In this document: one piece after another, positions 36,942 through 45,448 of the stretch | Position numbering within the stretch: the first letter of the stretch is position 1 | Layout of the letters: each line of letters starts with the position of its first letter | Assembly: GCF_001194135.2 (NCBI RefSeq) | Contig: NC_068981.1 | Coordinates: 10,983,864-11,029,311, forward strand | Length of the DNA stretch: 45,448 bases | Direction: 5' to 3' | Source: Octopus bimaculoides | Lineage: Eukaryota | Made by a program: the position numbers and the translations under genes | Notes under the pieces: model-generated | Database searches by the model: none | What the model was told of the DNA's origin: nothing | The model's input: only the letters and a program-made list of their open reading frames with translations

Positions 36942-37625
36942 CATACACGTTTATATTAATGAATATATATTAATAAATACGTATACATTCATTTCCTTAT
37001 AGAAGAGCCATTTAGTGAATGTAAGAGAAATATATAATGTTAAGAACACACAAATTGATAAAACTCAATTTTTATATCTAAATAGTTGTGTATAAAATGA
37101 GAGTGTCANNNNNNNNNNNNNNNNNNNNNNNNNNNNNNNNNNNNNNNNNNNNNNNNNNNNNNNNNNNNNNNNNNNNNNNNNNNNNNNNNNNNNNNNNNNN
37201 NNNNNNNNNNNNNNNNNNNNNNNNNNNNNNNNNNNNNNNNNNNNNNNNNNNNNNNNNNNNNNNNNNNNNNNNNNNNNNNNNNNNNNNNNNNNNNNNNNNN
37301 NNNNNNNNNNNNNNNNNNNNNNNNNNNNNNNNNNNNNNNNNNNNNNNNNNNNNNNNNNNNNNNNNNNNNNNNNNNNNNNNNNNNNNNNNNNNNNNNNNNN
37401 NNNNNNNNNNNNNNNNNNNNNNNNNNNNNNNNNNNNNNNNNNNNNNNNNNNNNNNNNNNNNNNNNNNNNNNNNNNNNNNNNNNNNNNNNNNNNNNNNNNN
37501 NNNNNNNNNNNNNNNNNNNNNNNNNNNNNNNNNNNNNNNNNNNNNNNNNNNNNNNNNNNNNNNNNNNNNNNNNNNNNNNNNNNNNNNNNNNNNNNNNNNN
37601 NNNNNNNNNNNNNNNNNNNNNNNNN

Positions 37626-37671
<46 letters not shown>

Positions 37672-38683
37672 AGGAAGATAGAGAAATTAAAAAATAATAA
37701 ATGGAAAGAAAGTAACCGAGACACAAGGAGAAAACGAAAAAAGAAAGAAATAAAGAAATAAAGAGGACGAAAAATGTTGTAGAGAACGTAAGGGAAATAT
37801 AGGAAATGAAAGAGAAAATTTGGAGAAAAAATGATAGAAAGTAAGGAAGAAAGAAAAGTTAAAACTTAATGAAAATATCTGAAAAAAGAAAAAGACAATA
37901 AAATTCACTTGAGAAAACGAAGAGAGAAAATCAAAAAATAATAAAATATGCTTAGAAAAAGGTACTTTTTTTCTGTTGTAAACTTGAAGTAATTGAAATT
38001 GAAGATAATCAATATTTGTCTGTATCTGTAAGAATCAGGTCTGACACACACACACACACACACACACTCAACTTGGTCTTTCATTTGCTCTATGGCTGCA
38101 TCTTTTCTCTAACCTCTATTTTTGCGCGTGATCGGTGCCTGGTGGACGTACATACACATACAAACATGTACACAGACACGCTCATATATATATTTTAAAA
38201 AAAATATAGTTGTTCAATATATGTCAATATATATTTATGATTTACTGCAAATACTTATGTATTATTGAGCTCAATATATCTACAAATACATACAATAATA
38301 AAGTAATTAAAAAATAATGCACTATGCAGCACTTTTAGATAACTCGAAATGTAATGTAAAGTATATCATTTATTACAAACATACAATTTTAGACTTACAA
38401 CAAAACAAAATGTAAGCGAGGTAGAGGTTGCTCTGATCAGTTTATGTTTCCGTAGGTAGGAAAAGTGAAAAGTTCTGACTAGTTCCTGGTTTTCTTCAAT
38501 CGTCACGAAAGGAGAAATAACCAGCCTTCTGTCTTTGAAGTTAACATATACTTACTTAGAAAGCAGACCAACTAATATATATATATATAAATGAGACATC
38601 TAGTCTTCATAACGATGAAAGCATCGACAACTTAAGTAATTAATAAATATATATATCTTAATTAATAATATTGCGTATCATTA

Positions 38684-38873
38684 AAAGCAGCGCGCTGACA
38701 ATTGCTGATACGCCGGGACGAAGTGGTTAGCAGCATTTGGTCCGTCTTTACGTTCTGAGTTCAAATTCCGCCGAGGCCGACTTTGAGTTTCATCTTTCGG
38801 AAACTCTGGGGTCTATATTATCGACTTAATCCCTCAATAGAATTCGCCGGCCTTGTGCTAAAATATGAAACCA
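38684..38873 (+). mobile_element. SINE family B, degenerate
   Basis: ctttacgttctgagttcaaattccgccgagg...ggccttgtgct. Confidence 0.78.
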
Positions 38874-39251
38874 GTACTGTGTATTCTTGATAGATTCACT
38901 ATAATTGTCAGCGCATACGATGTTTGATACGAAGTAGACACAGAAGATAAACTGCATCTTAACTTGTATACTCTATAAATTATTATGAGTTATTAATCAT
39001 ACAATAGACAAAGAAAAACCCAATAAAACTCAAAAAACAAAAGCAAACGGATAATCCTTCTCTAATGAAGAGATAAGAATACTAGAAACTAGCCAAACAG
39101 TCTCTAATTTTCTACCATGGAGACATAAATAACGATGTTAAAAACCATTTTGTTTACTTTTCAAAGCAAGGTTAAAGTTTTACATTTATCAAAGACGTAT
39201 CATCTTATAATAAATTTCAGATAATAATGTATTTCATGCACACTCACACAA

Positions 39252-39284
<33 letters not shown>

Positions 39285-39651
39285 CACTCACACACACACA
39301 CACACATGCTTATTAACTTACGCAAACACAAATATTTGTGATCTGTGCTAACGCTTATGTATTTGTGCCTATGTATATATGTACATACATGTACATAGAC
39401 AATCCGATATTTTATGCAATGTGTGGGTGTGTGCGTGCGTGTGTGTGTGTGTGTGTGTGTGTGCATGTGTATGTATTAGAATAGCTTAATTTTGAAGAAG
39501 ATTCCGTCGTGGCCACTTCTGATATCTTGAGCAAGTGTCATTTACCTCCGTTTTCAGCCAAACACAGTGAATGTTACAGGGCAAGCGAAATCTATTTGGA
39601 GGCCCGGAAGGCATATTATATCTGAAATTCAAAGGCCTAATTAGCCACGTC

Positions 39652-40498
39652 GGATCTATTTTAAAACGGGGGCCACATTTTTCATTAATGTTTTACGTAG
39701 TGTTTTTGGTACGGAAAGACTTTCAAACTTCTTATACTTATCTATTTTGTNNNNNNNNNNNNNNNNNNNNNNNNNNNNNNNNNNNNNNNNNNNNNNNNNN
39801 NNNNNNNNNNNNNNNNNNNNNNNNNNNNNNNNNNNNNNNNNNNNNNNNNNNNNNNNNNNNNNNNNNNNNNNNNNNNNNNNNNNNNNNNNNNNNNNNNNNN
39901 NNNNNNNNNNNNNNNNNNNNNNNNNNNNNNNNNNNNNNNNNNNNNNNNNNNNNNNNNNNNNNNNNNNNNNNNNNNNNNNNNNNNNNNNNNNNNNNNNNNN
40001 NNNNNNNNNNNNNNNNNNNNNNNNNNNNNNNNNNNNNNNNNNNNNNNNNNNNNNNNNNNNNNNNNNNNNNNNNNNNNNNNNNNNNNNNNNNNNNNNNNNN
40101 NNNNNNNNNNNNNNNNNNNNNNNNNNNNNNNNNNNNNNNNNNNNNNNNNNNNNNNNNNNNNNNNNNNNNNNNNNNNNNNNNNNNNNNNNNNNNNNNNNNN
40201 NNNNNNNNNNNNNNNNNNNNNNNNNCCCTAAGGTTAGGGTTAGGGTTAGGGTTAGGGTTAATTGTTTCAGAATCGTTTGTTTATGTAGTCGGCACTTAAT
40301 GTATATCGGCTGAATGGACGTCAGTGATTGGTTGAAATTACAGAAATACGACAACTTCAACATGGAATAACTTATGGATTTCTTTTTTTTAAAGAAGACT
40401 AAGAGAAAAAGATGTTTTATATGACACATTCTACCAGTGTTCCAAGTTTCAAAGTGTTTCGTTAATGAAAAATGTGGCCCCCGTTTTAGAAAAGATCC
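39652..40498. mobile_element. DNA transposon or MITE with 37-bp TIRs and an 8-bp target duplication
   Basis: TIRs at 39652-39688 and 40462-40498 match at 35/37 and begin GGATC. The direct repeat GCCACGTC lies at 39644-39651 and 40499-40506. The centre is partly gap. Confidence 0.88.
40234..40260 (+). repeat. Interstitial telomeric (TTAGGG)4.5
   Basis: Directly visible at the gap edge, inside the TIR element. Confidence 0.9.
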
Positions 40499-40611
40499 GC
40501 CACGTCATAGGGAGTTATTCTGCTCATTATCAATCTATTAGATTAAGCGGTTGCATGACTGTGGACTGTGCAATCGTTTAGCAGCTCATTCAATGAACAA
40601 GAAATCCGTTA

Positions 40612-40937
40612 GTAAAGGCGCGTGGCTTAGTGGTTAGGGTATTCGGACCACGATCGTAAGGACGTGAGTTCGATTCGCGGCGGCGAGCTGTGTCCTTCAG
40701 CAAGACATTTTATTTCACGGTGCTCCAGTCTACTCAGCTGGCAAAAATCAGTAGAATCTGAAAATCGAAGGGCCAGCCTTATTACATTATTTTTCACGTT
40801 GAATCTCCCTGAGAGCTATGTTAAAGGTACACGTGTGTGCGGAGTACTCAACCACTTTCACGTTAATTTTACGAAGCAGGCTGTTCCGCTGTTCGGATCA
40901 ACTGGAACCCTCGTCGTCGCAACCGACGGAGTGCTAG
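40612..40937 (+). mobile_element. tRNA-derived SINE family C, long copy
   Basis: A box TGGCTTAGTGG, B box GTTCGATTC, and the cttcagcaagacatt motif. Confidence 0.85.
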
Positions 40938-41209
40938 TTAAATTATTTCATCGAGTATGCGACTACCCATCGTCGAAGCAAACGGAGATCCATTTTACCT
41001 TTTACTTACACACCCATATATTTACTCATATATGTGGGTGTATAACATATCATGTGCTCACACACATACATACACATGTATATATACATATCTATCTCTT
41101 GATTAATATTCACATACACACACATATATATATATATTAGCATACACATAGATGCTGGTTTAATCATAAATCGACACACACACACATTCACGCACTCTCT
41201 CTCTTTCTT

Positions 41210-41260
<51 letters not shown>

Positions 41261-42444
41261 TATTCACACACAAACGCATACATCGATCTATGAATAAATT
41301 CATTTCATCATTTCATCTATCTAAGAATTTTGAATATAAAAAAAAGTACCCCTACCCAGGCAGCTGCCACACACATCTACATAAAGTCTTTGAAAAGATT
41401 GCAGAAAAGCAGAACATTTTTAAAAGAATTGATTTGGCAAAATGCCATTCGATTTAATATCATTAAAAGAACAGACTAAGGCAGATTTTCTTCTATTCTG
41501 ACGATTGTTTTTGTAAAGTTCATTGATTCTCGGATCTTCATAACGTCTGGAATGGTAACAAACAACCGAATTTTCTTCAAGTAAACTTAATTGAACCNNN
41601 NNNNNNNNNNNNNNNNNNNNNNNNNNNNNNNNNNNNNNNNNNNNNNNNNNNNNNNNNNNNNNNNNNNNNNNNNNNNNNNNNNNNNNNNNNNNNNNNNNNN
41701 NNNNNNNNNNNNNNNNNNNNNNNNNNNNNNNNNNNNNNNNNNNNNNNNNNNNNNNNNNNNNNNNNNNNNNNNNNNNNNNNNNNNNNNNNNNNNNNNNNNN
41801 NNNNNNNNNNNNNNNNNNNNNNNNNNNNNNNNNNNNNNNNNNNNNNNNNNNNNNNNNNNNNNNNNNNNNNNNNNNNNNNNNNNNNNNNNNNNNNNNNNNN
41901 NNNNNNNNNNNNNNNNNNNNNNNNNNNNNNNNNNNNNNNNNNNNNNNNNNNNNNNNNNNNNNNNNNNNNNNNNNNNNNNNNNNNNNNNNNNNNNNNNNNN
42001 NNNNNNNNNNNNNNNNNNNNNNNNNNNNNNNNNNNNNNNNNNNNNNNNNNNNNNNNNNNNNNNNNNNNNNNNNNNNNNNNNNNNNNNNNNNNNNNNNNNN
42101 NNNNNNNNNNNNNNNNNNNNNNNNNNNNNNNNNNNNNNNNNNNNNNNNNNNNNNNNNNNNNNNNNNNNNNNNNNNNNNNNNNNNNNNNNNNNNNNNNNNN
42201 NNNNNNNNNNNNNNNNNNNNNNNNNNNNNNNNNNNNNNNNNNNNNNNNNNNNNNNNNNNNNNNNNNNNNNNNNNNNNNNNNNNNNNNNNNNNNNNNNNNN
42301 NNNNNNNNNNNNNNNNNNNNNNNNNNNNNNNNNNNNNNNNNNNNNNNNNNNNNNNNNNNNNNNNNNNNNNNNNNNNNNNNNNNNNNNNNNNNNNNNNNNN
42401 NNNNNNNNNNNNNNNNNNNNNNNNNNNNNNNNNNTATACATAAA

Positions 42445-42535
42445 AAGTAAGTACTGGGGTTGAATTGTTCCACTAAATCCTTCAAGACGGTGCTCCAGCA
42501 TGGCCGCAGTCCTGTAACCGAAACAAGTAATAGTA
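42445..42535 (+). mobile_element. SINE family A 3' end
   Basis: gtactggggtt...ggtgctccagcatggccgcagtc...gaaacaagtaa. Confidence 0.75.
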
Positions 42536-43352
42536 AATCGATAAATGATACTGATGGACATCTATTAAGTTTTCATTTTAAACACTGTAAATAATATTAA
42601 ACCTTAAAATCACAGAGCTGGCTCAGCTGAAAAAAAAAAAAAATGAATGGCGTAACGCGTACCGACAGTTCGATATGTTAAAAAAAACTTCGAACGGAAT
42701 GTTCATAACTTGAATGGTTTTGTTATACCCTGGGGAGTCGGTGCTATGGTCTGTCTGTCTCAAATTACTAATGTTAACGATATTAGTAGCTTCTCACACA
42801 AATAGAAGCGGTTTGGGAATTTTGTTTTTTCACTAATTTTAGCTTTTTACGTAAGATTCACTGTTACAATCGTTTATAAACACGACGTAAATCTCTTACA
42901 TTGATTTTTCTATTTCGGTAACATACATCGTTAATTTATTTTGATAAGGGGTACTCATCAATTTGTTTAATTATTGTTGAGAGTTTACATTTTTGACCAG
43001 GAACAGATGAAAGGTAAAGTTATCCTGAAGACTGAAATGTAAACCCAGAGCATAGAATGAGATGAAATGTTTAGTGTAGACTACATTCAGTTTAACTAAT
43101 TCCTGTGAATTCAACGATCTCCACGTTATCACAATAATCATTGTATCACGGGAATTCTGGATATAAGTTTGGAGATAAACTATATCAGTCAGAGAAGAGA
43201 CATAACCGACAATCAAACTGGGGTTATGAATTGTTTGCAATACATAACTGACCTCGATCACCTTGAGCAAAGTGCTCGAAGAAATGATTGTACTTGAAAA
43301 TATTCCTCAAATAATATCCTTTAGCTTTATATAAAAGAACTGCATACAACAT

Positions 43353-43450
43353 GTGAAGGTGCGGAGTCTAGTGGTAAATATGTTCGGCTCATAATCAGAG
43401 AATTATGAGTTTATACTTCGGACTGGGTTACGCGTTGTGTCGATTCTGGT
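43353..43450 (+). mobile_element. Degenerate SINE family C head
   Basis: gtgaaggtgcggagtctagtggta...ttcggctcat...cgcgttgtgt. Confidence 0.55.
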
Positions 43451-45126
43451 CAGCTAAATGTAGGAGTCATTCTGCCACCCCAGATTCTGTATTCTGAGTG
43501 TGCCACTGGGTCAACGGGTCAACGGTGAAGAGGGTGAAATAATGTCTATATTTGCTCGTGACTACATAGGTATAAAAAGAGAAATGAGCGAAGTTAAGTT
43601 ACATGTTACCAAGTCATACTGGCTCTCGAATGTAGGTTGGCTGTGTATATTAGCAATATAGTTCTAGATATAGTATTTCTAAAAACAGTTGTTACTGGAA
43701 GCTTTTGATCCTTGGAAAGACTCGATTGATCGCAGTTCTTTGGATACTGACAATTTGCCATGACTGTGTGGATGTTCAGCTTTTTTTAATGGTGAAAGTA
43801 CTTATTGGCACTGGAGGTAACCTACACACAAAGACACATTCACTCAAATGCATGCATACGCGCGCAGAAATATACATATGCAGAGAAAGAGAGATAGGTA
43901 GAGAGAGAAGGGAGAGGGAGATAAGGAGAGAGATGCAGAGTGAGAGAGAGAAAAGGAGTGAGAGGTAGTGAGAGAAGGGAGAGAAAGAGAGGAAGGAGAC
44001 ATTACACATAAGTAATTGGCACAAATGAACAAAGAGGAAGGGTGAGAAACCGAAGAAAGAGAGAACATGAGAAACATTAAAAGAAAAGAAATATTGAAAC
44101 GTCTGATATTGAATAAGTCCACAAGCTACTTTCCTCCTTCCTCTTATCAATCTATGAATGTAAAGGCAAATGGTACCTGTTTTCACTACCTAAGCGGCTA
44201 CGTACAAAACCCTATCATCTGCCTCTCTTATAACTAATTTACACTTGATAACTCCCGCTTATACTAAACACCCTAATATTACAAAACAAGTCTACACATT
44301 TGCTAGAGGAGATATACTATCGCTTGAAATAACCTCATTATATGACTGGTACATATTTTGTTCTCCATAGAGACAGTAAAAGCAAAACTTGTCCCAATGT
44401 AAAGGAAACAATTTCAAGAGTCTGATGTACTTTTAATCATGAATTCACTGTCGTAGAACTTGTTACAAGTCTGACGAGCCTGTATCTATAAATTAATGTT
44501 CGAACATTGAAGAATGACTGTATAGCATTGTACAAACCACAGCGTAATTCTAGGAAATGTCGAAAATTTTCATTTTTTAATGTTGGAGCATCTATAGCCA
44601 GAGATAATAGTTTTGCAATATTTGAAATTGTAAAATAATTTTTCATTTTAAAGACGATCTTAATGACGAGGGCTCAAAATGGTCATAAGATATGCAAGAA
44701 ATAGCAATCAAATATAACATATTAAAATTTATTAGATAATTAAGTCTGAAATAGACTGTCATGAAAGAAAAGAAAATGGCTACAGATTGAGCACATTTGT
44801 CAGGTCTACTGGATGAGGCGAGACTTGATAAGGCTTGAAGAAACTGAACAAACTATATGCAAAGATGCATTTTGCAGAGTCGAGTAGATATAAATCAGAG
44901 TGAGATCATCGGAGCCATTTAGTTAGACTAGTGAAATAGTCGAGTTCTCCAAAGGTCTTTGGATGGAATAAAGTATAAACGCTGCATGATTATATATTAA
45001 GTTTGTTATTTGGACTATGGTTTTCCAGTTATATACAACACTATATAATATACAACACTATACTATACAATATATATATATAACAAATGATAGAGAGAGA
45101 AAATGGAATTTACGAGATTCATTATT

Positions 45127-45234
45127 AATCACAACGATCGTTTCGACCCATCTTGCATGGGTTCCTCGCGGGTGAGATGCTGTACAACGGCTTGTGGTGC
45201 ATCCTTCGGTGCCGATATGTCTCGTCAGGGGACT
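45127..45234 (-). ncRNA. Type I hammerhead-ribozyme-like motif
   Basis: AGUCCC-CUGACGA-GACAUAUC...GAUGGGUC-GAAAC-GAUC-GUU/GUGAUU. Core is intact, stem I pairs 5/6, stem II pairs 7/8, and stem III is 2 bp with a palindromic GAUC loop. Confidence 0.65.
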
Positions 45235-45307
45235 TTTCAAAAGCTCATTGCACACAGTTTTACTTGATTTGCCTGTATCCGGTTACCTACAGGTTTTGCA
45301 GTTTGGA

Positions 45308-45377
<70 letters not shown>

Positions 45378-45400
45378 GTCTGTCTGTCTATCTGTCTGTC
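45308..45400. repeat. (TATC)n/(TGTC)n microsatellite
   Basis: Directly visible. Confidence 0.97.
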
Positions 45401-45448
45401 TAGCTATATGTATATATGATATATGATATATATGATATCTATATAATA

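Noticed and set aside
40227-40260. True telomere or chromosome-fusion site
   Set aside because: The tract is short and enclosed by TIRs and a target duplication, so it is better explained as transposon-internal.
44700-44900. MRRDLIRLEE resembling the R4/Dong N-terminal region
   Set aside because: A single short motif with no neighbouring collinear motifs that I could confirm.

Overview
AT-rich metazoan scaffold with eight N gaps (921-1800, 5805-6494, 10659-10734, 22260-22606, 23420-23639, 37109-37625, 39751-40226, 41598-42434) and very dense microsatellites. The SINE and microsatellite landscape looks like an octopus genome (inference from recognised repeat patterns, no search run). I found no supportable host protein-coding exon; almost all listed ORFs are microsatellite, gap or decayed-transposon artefacts. 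The window holds at least three recurring SINE families, several R4/Dong-like (RT plus restriction-like endonuclease) LINE remnants associated with (AAT)n tracts, one RTE-clade LINE split into three pieces, and a 37-bp-TIR DNA element with an 8-bp target duplication carrying (TTAGGG)n. The most interesting signal is a set of hammerhead-ribozyme-like motifs read by eye in several unrelated repeats: 1943-2055, 9937-9987, 11456-12020 (three motifs), 26855-26876 (half motif), 35148-35195 and 45127-45234. One of these families has a ~362-bp unit present in both tandem and inverted arrangement, which resembles a non-LTR retrozyme or Penelope pseudo-LTR. All folds were assigned manually, most copies are mutated, and none is shown to be active.
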